A stretch of DNA of 64,000 nt from Terriglobales bacterium (GCA_050746125.1 JBOGKX010000142.1:16209-80208), one strand, 5' to 3'. Shown: positions 27,572 through 39,812, counted from the stretch's first letter. Notes: generated from the letters alone by a model not told the origin. A program made the numbers and translations.

Positions 27572-27934
27572 TTGGCGCTCTTGGAGAGGGCCATGACTGA
27601 ATGTGAAGTTTTCGACGCTGCGCTGGCGGAATCGCCGGATCTCAACCGCCTCGCCCGAGGCGCGCGCATGCATGCCAATTCCTGCGTGCGTTGCGCGCGG
27701 ATCTTGACCGACCTGGAAGCGATCGTCGCGAAAGCGGCCGGCTTGGCCGCGGCGGAATCGATCCCCGATCCGCCGCCGGAAATCTGGGACCAAATTCGCC
27801 GGCAGTTGGAGAAGGAAGGAATTATCCACGCCAACGGCAACGCCCCGCGCCGCCCCAAGTCCAAGTCCAAACCCAAGGCCAAAGCCGGCTCGCTGCCGCG
27901 CTTGGTGCACACGTCCCCCCGTTCCGGCTCTTAG
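27572..27934 (+). CDS. Soluble zinc-binding anti-sigma factor (ZAS, RsrA-like)
   Basis: Lies 75 nt downstream of the ECF sigma. It has Cys11 and the HxxxCxxC motif (MHANSCVRC = H34, C38, C41 counted from MALLERAM). There is no TM segment. The tail is basic and Lys/Pro-rich. Confidence 0.65.
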   Translation: MALLERAMTECEVFDAALAESPDLNRLARGARMHANSCVRCARILTDLEAIVAKAAGLAAAESIPDPPPEIWDQIRRQLEKEGIIHANGNAPRRPKSKSKPKAKAGSLPRLVHTSPRSGS

Positions 27935-28021
27935 CCCGGCCCCGCGCCGCTCGCCTTCCCGCGCCTGCGCCCTGGCGGATCTTTTTGCCGCCGCAGGAAG
28001 GCGGGCGCGTAATATATCCGC

Positions 28022-29125
28022 ATGAGAGCCGTCGCGATCGTTCCCGGGCAAGGCGCGCTGCATCTCGCCCAACGGCCCGACCCGCCCGCCCCATCCGCCG
28101 GCCAGGTTTTGCTGCGCGTGCTCGCCGTCGGCATCTGCGGAACGGACCGCGAGGAGGCGGCGGGAGGCCGCGCCAAGGCGCCCGACGGCGCCGCGGACCT
28201 GGTGATTGGCCACGAGATGGTGGGCGCAGTCGTGGCCGCCGGTGCCGGCGTGCAGCGGGTGGCGGTCGGCGACCATGCGGTGTTCACGGTGCGCCGCGGC
28301 TGCGGGCGTTGCGCCCCTTGCGCCATGAACCGCCCCGACATGTGCCTCACCGGCGACTACCGCGAGCGCGGCATTTGGGGCCTGGATGGCTACCAAACCG
28401 AGCACGTGCTCGACAACGAGCAGTACCTGGTGCGGGTGGCGCCGGAGCTGGGGCTGCACGGCGTGCTGACCGAGCCGACCTCGGTCGCCGAGAAAGCGAT
28501 TACGGAGGCGGTGCGCATCCAAACCTCGCGCCTGCCGCAAGCCGGCGAGCATCCCGACTGGCTGTACGGCCGGCGCTGCTTGGTGGCGGGTCTCGGTCCG
28601 ATCGGCTTGCTGGCCGCGCTGATCTTGCGCTTGCGCGGCGCGCAAGTGCATGGCCTCGACATCGTGCCAGAATCCTCCGCCCGCCCGCAATGGCTGATCG
28701 CGCTGGGCGGCCAATATCTCAACGGTACGAAGGTTAAGCTCGACGACCTGCGGGACAACACCGGCGGCGCCGAGCTCATCGTCGAGGCCGCCGGCATCGC
28801 CTCGCTCTCGTTCAGCCTGCTCGACGCGCTGGCCCCGGGCGGCGCCTACGTTCTGACTGGGATTCCCGGCGGCAATCGGGCGCTCGAACTCTCCGGCGCG
28901 GCGCTGATTCGGCGCTTGGTGTTGAACAACCAGGTCATGTTCGGCAGTGTCAATGCCGCCCGCGATCACTATCAAATGGCGGTGGACGATCTGCACGCCG
29001 GACAACTGCGCTGGCCGGGTCAGTTGGAGAAACTTCTCACTCATCGCCACTCTCCCGCCGATTTCGCCACCGCCTTCACCGCCCATCCCGCCGACGAGAT
29101 CAAATCCTTCGTTGCCTGGTCGTAG
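28022..29125 (+). CDS. Zinc-dependent medium-chain dehydrogenase/reductase (glucose/threonine dehydrogenase-like)
   Basis: 367 aa. VGICGTDRE and IGHEMVGAVV (catalytic Zn ligands), CGRCAPCAMNRPDMC (structural Zn), and the GLGPIGLLAAL Rossmann motif. Confidence 0.82.
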   Translation: MRAVAIVPGQGALHLAQRPDPPAPSAGQVLLRVLAVGICGTDREEAAGGRAKAPDGAADLVIGHEMVGAVVAAGAGVQRVAVGDHAVFTVRRGCGRCAPCAMNRPDMCLTGDYRERGIWGLDGYQTEHVLDNEQYLVRVAPELGLHGVLTEPTSVAEKAITEAVRIQTSRLPQAGEHPDWLYGRRCLVAGLGPIGLLAALILRLRGAQVHGLDIVPESSARPQWLIALGGQYLNGTKVKLDDLRDNTGGAELIVEAAGIASLSFSLLDALAPGGAYVLTGIPGGNRALELSGAALIRRLVLNNQVMFGSVNAARDHYQMAVDDLHAGQLRWPGQLEKLLTHRHSPADFATAFTAHPADEIKSFVAWS

Positions 29126-29257
29126 CCGCGCTCGCCGCCAATGGGAGGCCCGCTCCGCACAGGGCCTCGCCAAGTTGCCGCAAACGGTGTGCCTGCGCGC
29201 CCGCTCGTGGTAGAGTGCTCGATTCCGGCGCAACTCCGGTTTGGAGGGTTCACCACC

Positions 29258-31954
29258 GTGTCCGCACTTCGCCTCGTTCGTAGGTTGGCCGCCGGGCTGT
29301 GCGCCTGCCTGCTCCCGCTGCCGCTCATGGCCCAGGTCGGCTCGTCTGCCGCCGCGGCGCCACCGCCGCGGCCGCGCGCCAACTATGCCCTGGCGGCCCG
29401 CTTTCTGCCGGCGGAAATGACGAAACTGGTTTTCGACACCGAGGTGACGCCGCACTGGTTCACCACCTCGGACAAGTTTTGGTTCAGCTTCGAAACCCCC
29501 AGCGGAACCGACTATTACCTCGTGAATCCCGCTCTCCATACCCGCGCGCCGCTGTGGAACAACGCCAAGCTCGCGGCCGAGCTTTCGGGGCTGACCGGCT
29601 TCCCCTATGACGCCCAACATCTGCCGGTGAAGAATTTGAAGCTCGTGGAGCACGACGCCGCGCTCCGCTTCGAGGTCACAGTACGCCGGGACGCGGTGAT
29701 CCCGGGCGAGTCCCCGGCCGACCGCGCCCGCTCGCTGGCGGCGGAAACGAAGCTCGATCTCACTACCCGGCAAGCTGCCGGCGGCGTGGGGGATAAGAAC
29801 GACGACTCCAGCGCCGGCAAAAAACGCACTCTCTACTTCCGATTCGATCTGGCCACCGGCCAACTCCGTCGTCTGGACGGCTTTGTTCCGCCCCCGGCAC
29901 GGCCGCTTTGGGCTTCACTCTCGCCCGACCGCCAAACCGCGGTTTTCGCGCGCGGATACAACCTGTACATGATGGATGCCGGCAACTACGCCAAAGCGCT
30001 AGCGAATCCGGCCGATCCCTCCATCGCCGAGACGCAGCTGACCACCGATGGCGTTGCCGGTTTCAGCTATGCGCGCTCGTTGGTGCCGGAAGTGCAGAAG
30101 GCGCTGGCCAGAATCGACGGTAAGGACGCGCGGGATACAGCCGGCATGCGCGCGCCTTCGGTGGCGATTCATTGGTCGCAGGACGCGAAGAAGTTCGCGC
30201 TGGTGCGCGAGGACGTGCGCAAGGTGGGCGAGCTCTGGACCATCCATTCGCTCGTCAACCCGCGCCCGGTGCTGCAAAGCTACCCGTACGCCATGCCGGG
30301 GGAGGCGAACGTCCCCGTCCCCGAGATTCAGATCTTCACCGTCGCCTCCCGGCAACGAATCGTGATTCCGGAACGGACCTTGCCCTTAGTCGATCCGGAG
30401 ATCAGCATCTCCGACGCGCCGCTCAGCAATCAGGATCGCGAGGAGGCGCGCGCCGCCAACCGGGAGCTCAGCCGGTTGGGCCTCGCCTCCGTGCCCTACC
30501 GACTGGGAGCGACCGCCCGCTGGCTTTCGGCCGACGACTCGAAACTATATTTCATGGATACCGACCGCACTTATCGCGAAGCCGACGTCTGTGTCGCCGA
30601 TACCACTACCGGCGCGGTCACGACGCTGATTCGCGAAGTCTCGAATGTTTGGCTCGACACCCGCCCGCCCCGCCTGGTCGGCGGCAAGGAAATCGTCTGG
30701 TGGTCCGAGCGAGATGGCTGGGGCCACTACTACCTCTATGACGCCGCCGGCAAGCTGGAGAACGCGGTCACCGGCGGCACGTATCAATCCGATCGAATCC
30801 AGGCCCTGGACGATGCGGCACGCGTGATGTATTTCACCGCCGAGGGGCGGGAACACGGCGAAGATCCCTATTACACGCACCTCTACCGCGTGAACCTGGA
30901 CGGCACCGGTCTCCGGCTGCTCACGCCGGGAAACTTCTCGCATGCCATCGCGGCGCCCGACGACGGCAAATATTTCGTCGACACGTTTTCCCGCGTCGAC
31001 ACCGCGCCGCGCTCGGTGCTGCTCGACGATCAGGGCGCGCAAATCGCCGACCTGGCCACCGCCGATCTCAGCCACCTGCTCGAGGCTGGGTACGAGTTCC
31101 CCACGCCGTTCCACGTCAAGGCCGCCGACGGCATCACCGACCTGTACGGCGTGATGTACAAGCCTTTCGATTTCGACCCGCAACGGAAATACCCGATCAT
31201 CGAGTACGTCTATCCCGGCCCCCAGACCGAGTCCGTCACCAAGACGTTCACCCCCAAGGATCCGCAGATTCCACTGGCGCAGCTCGGCTTGATCGTCATC
31301 GAGGTCGGAAACCGCGGCGGCAGTCCGCAGCGCGACAAATGGTATGACGCCTATGGCTACGGCAACTTGCGCGACTACGGCCTCGCCGACAAGAAGGCGG
31401 CAGCCGAGGAGCTGGCGGCTCGCTATCCCTTTATCGACATCGGCCGGGTAGGCATTTGGGGCCACTCAGGCGGCGGCTTCATGACCGCCGCCGCGCTGCT
31501 GCAATATCCGGACTTCTTCAAGGCCGGCTGGTCGGAATCGGGCAATCACGAAAACAACGTGTACAACAAGTTTTGGAGCGAAAAGAACGACGGCGTGCGC
31601 GAAGAAGCGCAAAAAGACGGCACCGTCAAATTCATCTACGACATCGAAAAAAACTCCGCGCTGGCCAAGAACCTCAAGGGCCATCTCATGCTGACCAGCG
31701 GAGACATGGACGACAACGTCTCGATGGTCAACACCATGCGCCTGGCGAACGCCCTGATTCACGCCGACAAGCGTTTCGAGATGCTGGTCTTCCCCGGCAT
31801 GCGCCACTCCTATCAGCCCATCGCCGACTACGTGCTGCTGCGCCGCATGGATTTCTTCGCTCATTGGCTGCTCGGGGACGCGGAGACCGGCGCCGATATT
31901 TTGGAGCTGCAAAACGAGAAGCAGGCGACGCCGAGCAAGCGGTTCCCCGAGTAG
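29258..31954 (+). CDS. Secreted S9-family serine peptidase (dipeptidyl-peptidase IV-like: beta-propeller + alpha/beta hydrolase)
   Basis: GTG 29258 with GGAGGG 9 nt upstream gives VSALRLVRRLAAGLCACLLPLPLMAQ (signal). The triad context is GIWGHSGGGFM (GxSxG), GDMDDNV and PGMRHSY. The track ORF begins at 29141, so the start is uncertain. Confidence 0.8.
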   Translation: MSALRLVRRLAAGLCACLLPLPLMAQVGSSAAAAPPPRPRANYALAARFLPAEMTKLVFDTEVTPHWFTTSDKFWFSFETPSGTDYYLVNPALHTRAPLWNNAKLAAELSGLTGFPYDAQHLPVKNLKLVEHDAALRFEVTVRRDAVIPGESPADRARSLAAETKLDLTTRQAAGGVGDKNDDSSAGKKRTLYFRFDLATGQLRRLDGFVPPPARPLWASLSPDRQTAVFARGYNLYMMDAGNYAKALANPADPSIAETQLTTDGVAGFSYARSLVPEVQKALARIDGKDARDTAGMRAPSVAIHWSQDAKKFALVREDVRKVGELWTIHSLVNPRPVLQSYPYAMPGEANVPVPEIQIFTVASRQRIVIPERTLPLVDPEISISDAPLSNQDREEARAANRELSRLGLASVPYRLGATARWLSADDSKLYFMDTDRTYREADVCVADTTTGAVTTLIREVSNVWLDTRPPRLVGGKEIVWWSERDGWGHYYLYDAAGKLENAVTGGTYQSDRIQALDDAARVMYFTAEGREHGEDPYYTHLYRVNLDGTGLRLLTPGNFSHAIAAPDDGKYFVDTFSRVDTAPRSVLLDDQGAQIADLATADLSHLLEAGYEFPTPFHVKAADGITDLYGVMYKPFDFDPQRKYPIIEYVYPGPQTESVTKTFTPKDPQIPLAQLGLIVIEVGNRGGSPQRDKWYDAYGYGNLRDYGLADKKAAAEELAARYPFIDIGRVGIWGHSGGGFMTAAALLQYPDFFKAGWSESGNHENNVYNKFWSEKNDGVREEAQKDGTVKFIYDIEKNSALAKNLKGHLMLTSGDMDDNVSMVNTMRLANALIHADKRFEMLVFPGMRHSYQPIADYVLLRRMDFFAHWLLGDAETGADILELQNEKQATPSKRFPE

Positions 31955-31966
31955 GAGGGCGGCGCC

Positions 31967-32761
31967 TTAGGCCACGAGCGCGGCGCGCATCACCGTCACC
32001 GCTTGGCCGGCCAGAATCACCCGCTCGCCTTGCGGGCGCACCCGCACCACGCCGCCGCGGGGCGACGCTTGATAAGCGGTCAGTTCAATGCGGCCGAGCT
32101 GCGCCGCCCAGTACGGACCGAGCGCGGCGTGCGCCGAGCCGGTCACGGGATCTTCGTCAATGCCCGAGCCGGGAGCGAAAAAACGGGAAACGAAATCGAA
32201 CTCCGGCCGCTCCGAACGGGCGGTCACGATGACACCGCGCACCGGCAAGCGGCGCAAGCGACCATGATCGGGCTGAAGCGCGCGCACCGCGGCTTCCGAG
32301 CCGAGTTCGACCAGATAGTCGAATTCGTTTTTGCCGACGAACTTCGCCTGCTCGGTTCCGAGCGCGGGCAAGAGCTCGGGGGGCGGGGGCGCGGGGGCGA
32401 CATGCTTGGCGGGAAAATCCATCTCGATCCATTCGCCATTGCGCGCCGCCGTCAACGGGCCGCTCAGGGTTTGAAACCGCGCGACAGCGCCGGCGGGAAG
32501 ATGGCCGTCCTCCCATAAAACATGAGCGGCGCCCAGAGTCGCATGTCCACACAGCGCCACTTCCACCGCCGGGGTGAACCAGCGCAGCCGGTAGCCGCCA
32601 TCTTCGCCATGCAGGAACGCCGTCTCGGAAAGATTCATCTCCCGTGCCACGGCGCGCATCCAGGGCTCCTCGGCGGGCTCGGCCAGCACGCACACCGCGG
32701 CCGGATTGCCGCTGAACGGGGTGGCGGTGAACGCGTCAACCTGCACGATCGTAACTGTCAT
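31967..32761 (-). CDS. PhzF-family isomerase
   Basis: ATG 32761 gives MTVTIVQVDAFTATPFSGNPAAVCVLAE...LSETAFL...FTPAVEVALCGHATLGAAHVL. Later comes IDEDPVTGSAHAALGPYW. Confidence 0.85.
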   Translation of the reverse strand: MTVTIVQVDAFTATPFSGNPAAVCVLAEPAEEPWMRAVAREMNLSETAFLHGEDGGYRLRWFTPAVEVALCGHATLGAAHVLWEDGHLPAGAVARFQTLSGPLTAARNGEWIEMDFPAKHVAPAPPPPELLPALGTEQAKFVGKNEFDYLVELGSEAAVRALQPDHGRLRRLPVRGVIVTARSERPEFDFVSRFFAPGSGIDEDPVTGSAHAALGPYWAAQLGRIELTAYQASPRGGVVRVRPQGERVILAGQAVTVMRAALVA

Positions 32762-32876
32762 GCCCTTAAAGTTAAATATAGTCATCATAGGGCACGGGAC
32801 CAACGTGCGGCTGACCGGATCTGCTCGCCGCCGACGCGCGCGCTTTCTTTCGCCCCTTATGCCGGCCGCGGACGAG

Positions 32877-34559
32877 CTAAGGCCCGCCTTCGCCGCGCGG
32901 CGTCAGGATGCCGATGCGATCGAAGACCCGGCGCGCCAGCCGCCAGGACTCGTCGATTTGCTCGCTTAGGCCCAACAGGCGCGCGAAACCATATACCAGC
33001 AGCAGCCAGAGCACCGAGCTGACAACCATCAGCCCCAGTTCGCGCAAGCCGTGGTACGCGGGGCCTTCGAGTCGCCGCGAAAACTCGAAGACCACGTAGC
33101 CAGCCGCCGCCGCCACCACCGCTACGCGGGGCACCGAGCGCCAACGGCGCGCGGACGCGCCCAACCAGTTGCGGCGGTGCAAGAGGTAGGCCAGAACTAG
33201 CGCATTGGCGGTGATGCCGATGTCGCTGGCAAGCGCCAAGCCTGGCACGCGCAAGCGATGCGAGAGCATTATGTAGATCGGAATCATCGCCGCCGTCACG
33301 ATAGTTCCGGCCACCATCGGCGTGAGGGTGTCGCCGGCGGCATAGAAGGCCCGCGAGTAAAGCGCTTGCGAGGCCCAAAACGCCAGCGAGATCACGAAAA
33401 TGACGAGATAGAGCGCGGTGTAGTGGGCGTTCAAGTCGTGAAACTTTCCCCGCTCGTACACCACGCGGGTGATGGGCAGCGCCAAGGCCGCAAACCAGCT
33501 CGTCGCCAGCAGGGCCCCGGTCACGGTCCGCACCACCGCCTTGTCCAGAGTCTCGCGTAGCTGGTCCCATTCGTTTTGCGCCACCAGCCAGGCGAAAAAC
33601 GGCATGGTGGCCTGTCCCACCGCTTGACCCAGGACGGCGATCGGCACCCGCATCAACTGTTTGGCGTAGGTCAGCTCGGTGATGGCGCCGACGAAACGGG
33701 CACCGAGCGGGCGAATGATCCAGTCATCGGCGCTGACCAGCGATACTCCCGCCATCAGCGGCAGCGTGAGCTTGAGCCAATGGACAAAGTCGCCGTCGCG
33801 AAAGTTGAAGCAGGGTCGAAAGCGCAGTCCGTCGCCCCGCGCGCCGAGCAGCGGGAAAAGGAATGGGCCCAAGAACGCCCCCACCAGCGCGCCGATCGCC
33901 AGGCTCTCGATCCCCAGCCAATGGTTAAGGATGACGCCGCCGGCAATGATGCTGGAGCTGTAGAACAGCGGCGCCAGGGCCGGCAGCCAGAACACGCCGC
34001 GCGCATAGAGCGTCGAGCAGATCAGCCCGCCAATGCCGAAGAACAACTGCGCCGGCAGCAGGATGCGCGTCATGCGCGCGCACTCGACCAACTGAGCCGG
34101 TGTGAACGACGGCATGTAGAGCCGCAGCAACTGGGGAGTGAAAACCTCAGCCACGACTACGCCGACGCCCAGGCCGAGCGCCATGAACGTGGTAACGATC
34201 GAAAAGACCCGATACCCTTCTTCTTCTTTCCGGTCGGCGACGAACGGGCTGAAAATCGTGATGAAAGTGATCGACAACGCTCCGCCGGCCACCAGGTAAT
34301 TCAGCCAGTCGGGGATGGTGAAGGCGACGTTATAGGCATCGGTGTGCGCGCTAGCGCCGAAGGCATAGGCAATATAGGCCTCGCGCAAGTAGCCGATGGC
34401 GCGAGAGGCAAAGACCGCCCCCATCATCAGCGCGGTTGCTCCGCCCAGGCGGCGCAGCTCCATTCCGCCCCGCGCGGGGCCATCGCCGGCGGGCGGCGTG
34501 ACGGCCTCCGAAGCTTCGGACATGTCGTTCGATTCTAGCTTGGCCGCGAACGCCACCAT
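32877..34559 (-). CDS. murJ: Lipid II flippase MurJ (MviN family)
   Basis: Multi-TM protein. SRAIGYLREAYIAYAFGASAHTDAYNVAFTIPDWLNYLVAGGALSITFI is the typical MurJ N-terminus. The start is either 34559 or ATG 34523. Confidence 0.88.
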   Translation of the reverse strand: MVAFAAKLESNDMSEASEAVTPPAGDGPARGGMELRRLGGATALMMGAVFASRAIGYLREAYIAYAFGASAHTDAYNVAFTIPDWLNYLVAGGALSITFITIFSPFVADRKEEEGYRVFSIVTTFMALGLGVGVVVAEVFTPQLLRLYMPSFTPAQLVECARMTRILLPAQLFFGIGGLICSTLYARGVFWLPALAPLFYSSSIIAGGVILNHWLGIESLAIGALVGAFLGPFLFPLLGARGDGLRFRPCFNFRDGDFVHWLKLTLPLMAGVSLVSADDWIIRPLGARFVGAITELTYAKQLMRVPIAVLGQAVGQATMPFFAWLVAQNEWDQLRETLDKAVVRTVTGALLATSWFAALALPITRVVYERGKFHDLNAHYTALYLVIFVISLAFWASQALYSRAFYAAGDTLTPMVAGTIVTAAMIPIYIMLSHRLRVPGLALASDIGITANALVLAYLLHRRNWLGASARRWRSVPRVAVVAAAAGYVVFEFSRRLEGPAYHGLRELGLMVVSSVLWLLLVYGFARLLGLSEQIDESWRLARRVFDRIGILTPRGEGGP

Positions 34560-34585
34560 GCCGCTAAACTAAAGAGCGGGCGCTC

Positions 34586-36085
<1,500 letters not shown>

Positions 36086-36099
36086 CCGGACGCGCCGCC

Positions 36100-36360
36100 A
36101 TGTTCGCACGCCGGCTGCAAGTCACCCTGGAATCCGAGCGCGGCTCCCGCCCCTGCCCGCTCAAGTACCTCGATAGTTTCGCGATGCGCAGCTTTACCGG
36201 AGAAACGCGCTTCGACGAGTTGCTGCCCGCCGGCGACGGCCTGCTGGAAGCAAGCCGCCGCGTTTCCCTGCCGGAGTTGCGCGACGCCCTGCAAGCCTGG
36301 CTGCGCCGCAAGTCGTACTTGCAACCCGATGAGCGGGTGAACGTCGCGGAACGCCGCTAG
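36100..36360 (+). CDS. Small hypothetical protein (86 aa)
   Basis: ATG 36100 lies 15 nt after the gatB stop and ends 9 nt before the Nudix gene. The sequence is protein-like (MFARRLQVTLESERGSRPCPLKYLDSFAMRSFTGETRF...). No family recognised. Confidence 0.4.
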   Translation: MFARRLQVTLESERGSRPCPLKYLDSFAMRSFTGETRFDELLPAGDGLLEASRRVSLPELRDALQAWLRRKSYLQPDERVNVAERR

Positions 36361-36369
36361 AGTTCTGGC

Positions 36370-36891
36370 ATGCCGAGCGAAACCGCGCCCCCCGCGACAC
36401 TCCGCTACCGGCTGCAACAGCTGAGCTTCCTGGTGTGCTCGCAAATTTTCGTTGCCGTGTACCGGCGCTTCCCGGTCTTCGGCCGCCTGCGCACTTCGCT
36501 GGCGGTAGTCTGGCGCCAGGGCCGGCTGCTGATGATCGAGCGCAGCGATCGCTTGGGCTGCGCGTTTCCCGGCGGCGTGAGCATGCCATGGGAAAGCGAC
36601 GAAGTTTCGATGCGGCGCGAGCTGCGCGAGGAAACCGGTCTCGAGAGTCGAGCCGATCGCCTGCTTTTCCGCTACCACGACGATAGCCGGATCCCCGTCG
36701 CCATCAGCGTGTACTGGGTGGAGGCGCGCGGGGAGCCGCGCTCTTCCTGGGAAGGCGTCGCCCTCTGGCTCGCGCCTGCCGAGGCCGAGGCGCGCATTTT
36801 CCCGTTGCACGCCGTGGCGCTGGCGCGAGTGCAAGGTGAAGGCCTTCTGCAGATTTCCCGTGACCTGGGCAACCACTCCGGCGTAAATTAG
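36370..36891 (+). CDS. NUDIX hydrolase
   Basis: Complete Nudix box GVSMPWESDEVSMRRELREETGL (Gx5Ex7REUxEExGU). Confidence 0.82.
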   Translation: MPSETAPPATLRYRLQQLSFLVCSQIFVAVYRRFPVFGRLRTSLAVVWRQGRLLMIERSDRLGCAFPGGVSMPWESDEVSMRRELREETGLESRADRLLFRYHDDSRIPVAISVYWVEARGEPRSSWEGVALWLAPAEAEARIFPLHAVALARVQGEGLLQISRDLGNHSGVN

Positions 36892-37005
36892 AGAAAAGGC
36901 CCCAGCCATCGAAGTTGGCGCAAGCGCCCATCTCATCCACCGTGTCGGGCGCGGGAGCGGGCGCCGATAGGCGGGGATATTCGGGGAGCGGCGGGATCGT
37001 CTTCA

Positions 37006-37557
37006 GTGTTTCTTCGTTTATTGCGCAAAAATGCTCTCGTTGCCTTGATCTGCGGTTTGGCGGTTGAGGCGTGGATCGCCCTGCCCGGCGAGGCTCTGAT
37101 CGCCACTGCGGCCGCCCAATGGCTGTCGCGGTCCGCCAACGATCTCTGGGCTTGGTTGGAATTAGCGGCGGCAGCCGTGGGGGGCATGCTCGTGAACGAC
37201 CTCGCCCTTTACTCGCTTAGCCGGGTGGCGCGCGGCGTGGCCTCGCAGTTCATTCATTTGCCGCACGCGCATTTTCATCTCAGCGGCCTGGATCTTGTCG
37301 CAGCCAAGTTCATACCGCCCTTGCGCAGCGCCGCATTCGTGCTTTATGGCTTCCAGGGCGCCCACCTCCAGCACTTGCTCGTGGTGTCGCTGGGATCCAG
37401 TCTGCTATGGGTGTGCGGCTATGCCCTGCTAGGCAGAACCTATCGGGGACGCATTCTGGGCTTGCTCCACCGCCTGGAGCAGCGCAACCGCTGGGTCATC
37501 GCCGCCGAGATCGCCATGACCATTGCCGGCCTGGCGCTGATCGTCTATCCCCTATAG
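37006..37557 (+). CDS. DedA/VTT-domain-like integral membrane protein
   Basis: 183 aa with 4-5 hydrophobic helices. The N-terminal ALICGLAVEAWIALPGEALIATAAAQWL resembles the DedA E..P.P.E motif region. Confidence 0.55.
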   Translation: MFLRLLRKNALVALICGLAVEAWIALPGEALIATAAAQWLSRSANDLWAWLELAAAAVGGMLVNDLALYSLSRVARGVASQFIHLPHAHFHLSGLDLVAAKFIPPLRSAAFVLYGFQGAHLQHLLVVSLGSSLLWVCGYALLGRTYRGRILGLLHRLEQRNRWVIAAEIAMTIAGLALIVYPL

Positions 37558-37609
37558 CCGCTCGCGCCGGCGGTGGCAGAGCAGGCTTTGTACCTGATCT
37601 AATAGTCGG

Positions 37610-39160
37610 ATGTCCCTCGAAAAGCGGCGGGAGGAGTTGCGCCGCCGGCAGGCGGCGGCGGAAGCCGGCGGCGGTGCGCAGCGCAGCGCGCGCCAGCACG
37701 AACAAGGCAAGCTGTCGGCGCGGGAGCGCATGGTGCTGCTCCTCGACGAGGGCAGCTTCGAGGAAACCGATCAACTCGTCACCCATCGCGGCACCGACTT
37801 CGGCCTCGCCGAACAGCGAATCCCCGGCGACGGCCTAGTGACCGGCCAGGGCCGCATCGACGGCCGGCTGGTCTTTGTTTTCGCGCAAGACTTCACCGTC
37901 CTGGGCGGCTCGCTCTCGGAGACGAACGCCTACAAAATCTGCAAGATCATGGACGCGGCGTTGCGCGTCGGCGCACCCATCATCGGCCTGAACGACAGCG
38001 GGGGGGCGCGCATTCAAGAAGGCGTGCTCTCTCTCGCCGGCTACGCCGAGATCTTTCTCCGCAACACCCTGGCCAGCGGCGTGGTGCCGCAGATCTCGGC
38101 GGTGATGGGGCCCTGTGCCGGCGGCGCGGTGTATTCGCCCGCCATCACCGACTTCATCTTCATGGTTGAGGGCACTTCCCATATGTTCGTGACCGGGCCG
38201 GACGTGATCAAGACCGTCACCCACGAGGAAGTGAGCAAAGAGGAGTTGGGCGGCGCCCACACTCACAACCAGATCAGCGGCGTCGCCCACTTTCTCACCC
38301 ACAGCGACGCGGATTGCCTGCGCGCCATCCGCGAGTTGCTGTCATTCTTGCCCGGCAACAACCTCGACGAGCCGCCACTCCGCCCCACCGCCGATCCTGC
38401 CGACCGCGCCGACCCGGCCCTGGACTCCATCATCCCCGAAGAATCGAACCGCCCCTACGACATGCGCGACATCCTTCATGCGGTGGTGGACGACGGCTAT
38501 TTCTTCGAAGTGCACGAGTATTTCGCGCCCAATCTGGTGGTGGGCTTCGCCCGCCTGGAGGGCGCCACGGTGGGGCTGGTGGCGAATCAGCCGGCCCACC
38601 TGGCGGGGGTGCTCGACATCAACGCCAGCGTCAAGGGCGCCCGCTTCGTCCGCTTCTGCGACGCCTTCAACATCCCGCTCGTCACCTTCGAGGACGTGCC
38701 TGGCTTTCTCCCCGGCGCCCAGCAGGAATTCGGCGGCATCATCCGCCATGGCGCCAAGCTGCTCTACGCCTTCGCCGAGGCCACCGTGCCCAAGATCACG
38801 GTGGTCACGCGCAAGGCCTACGGCGGCGCCTACTGCGTGATGTCTTCCAAGCACATCCGCACCGACGTCAACTACGCCTGGCCGACGGCGGAGCTGGCGG
38901 TCATGGGACCGGAAGGAGCGGTCAACATTGTTTATCGCCGCGAGTTGGAGCGCGCCGCCGATCCCGAAGCGCTGCGCCAAGCCAAGGTCGAGGAGTTTCG
39001 CGATCGCGTCGCGAATCCCTTCCTGGCGCTCGAGCGCGGATATCTGGACGCCGTGATCCAGCCTTCCGAAACGCGCCGCCGGCTCATCGGTTCGCTGCGC
39101 ATGCTGCGCAACAAGCGCGCCACGAATCCGCCGAAGAAGCACGGCAACATCCCGCTTTAG
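37610..39160 (+). CDS. Acyl-CoA carboxylase carboxyltransferase (beta) subunit, propionyl-CoA/methylmalonyl-CoA type
   Basis: 516 aa. [47 protein letters not shown] and [14 protein letters not shown] are typical of the PccB/MmdA family. Confidence 0.9.
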   Translation: MSLEKRREELRRRQAAAEAGGGAQRSARQHEQGKLSARERMVLLLDEGSFEETDQLVTHRGTDFGLAEQRIPGDGLVTGQGRIDGRLVFVFAQDFTVLGGSLSETNAYKICKIMDAALRVGAPIIGLNDSGGARIQEGVLSLAGYAEIFLRNTLASGVVPQISAVMGPCAGGAVYSPAITDFIFMVEGTSHMFVTGPDVIKTVTHEEVSKEELGGAHTHNQISGVAHFLTHSDADCLRAIRELLSFLPGNNLDEPPLRPTADPADRADPALDSIIPEESNRPYDMRDILHAVVDDGYFFEVHEYFAPNLVVGFARLEGATVGLVANQPAHLAGVLDINASVKGARFVRFCDAFNIPLVTFEDVPGFLPGAQQEFGGIIRHGAKLLYAFAEATVPKITVVTRKAYGGAYCVMSSKHIRTDVNYAWPTAELAVMGPEGAVNIVYRRELERAADPEALRQAKVEEFRDRVANPFLALERGYLDAVIQPSETRRRLIGSLRMLRNKRATNPPKKHGNIPL

Positions 39161-39190
39161 CTGTCGGCGCGGAGAACGAAGCGCGTGCGG

Positions 39191-39808
39191 CTACAGGGGA
39201 CGGCGCCCTTCGAGCGCCTTCAGCATGGTCACTTCGTCGGCATAGTCGATCTCGCTGCCCACCGGAATGCCCATGCCGATGCGACTGGCGCGCACGCCGA
39301 GAGGCTTGAGCAGGCGGGCCAGATAAACGGCCGTCGCTTCGCCCTCGGCGTCCGGATCGGTGGCAATGATGATTTCTTCAACCGTCGGACGGCCGTCCTC
39401 GTGGGTGGCGCGCAGCCGCTCGATCAGGGACTTGATGCGGATCTGATCCGGTCCGATGCCCTGCAGGGGCGAAAGCGAGCCGTGCAGCACGTGGTAGAGC
39501 CCGTCGAACTGCCGAGTCTTCTCGATGGCTAGAATGTCGTGCGGCTGCTCGACGACGCAGATCTGCGTCGTATTGCGATGCGGGCTGGAACAGAAACGGC
39601 AAGGATCGACGTCGGTGGCGTTATTGCAAATGCCGCACAGCCGCAGCGAGTCCTTCACCCCAAGCACGGCATCGGCCAGCAGCTGCGCCCGCTCGCGATC
39701 GCCGCGCATGAGGTGAAAGGCGATGCGCTGCGCGGATTTCTGCCCGATGCCGGGCAGTCGCTTGAGTTCGTCGATGAGGCGCCCAAGCGGCGCGGCCAAA
39801 TCGTTCAT
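39191..39808 (-). CDS. recR: Recombination protein RecR
   Basis: 205 aa. [23 protein letters not shown] (HhH), Cys4 finger [16 protein letters not shown], and Toprim with [16 protein letters not shown]. Confidence 0.93.
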   Translation of the reverse strand: MNDLAAPLGRLIDELKRLPGIGQKSAQRIAFHLMRGDRERAQLLADAVLGVKDSLRLCGICNNATDVDPCRFCSSPHRNTTQICVVEQPHDILAIEKTRQFDGLYHVLHGSLSPLQGIGPDQIRIKSLIERLRATHEDGRPTVEEIIIATDPDAEGEATAVYLARLLKPLGVRASRIGMGIPVGSEIDYADEVTMLKALEGRRPL

Positions 39809-39812
39809 GGAG

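Noticed and set aside
27425-29863. 812-aa minus-strand ORF
   Set aside because: It is antisense to four well-supported plus-strand genes (ECF sigma end, anti-sigma, MDR dehydrogenase, S9 peptidase start). Its composition is dominated by R/G/A/P and no motifs are present. This is a typical high-GC shadow ORF.
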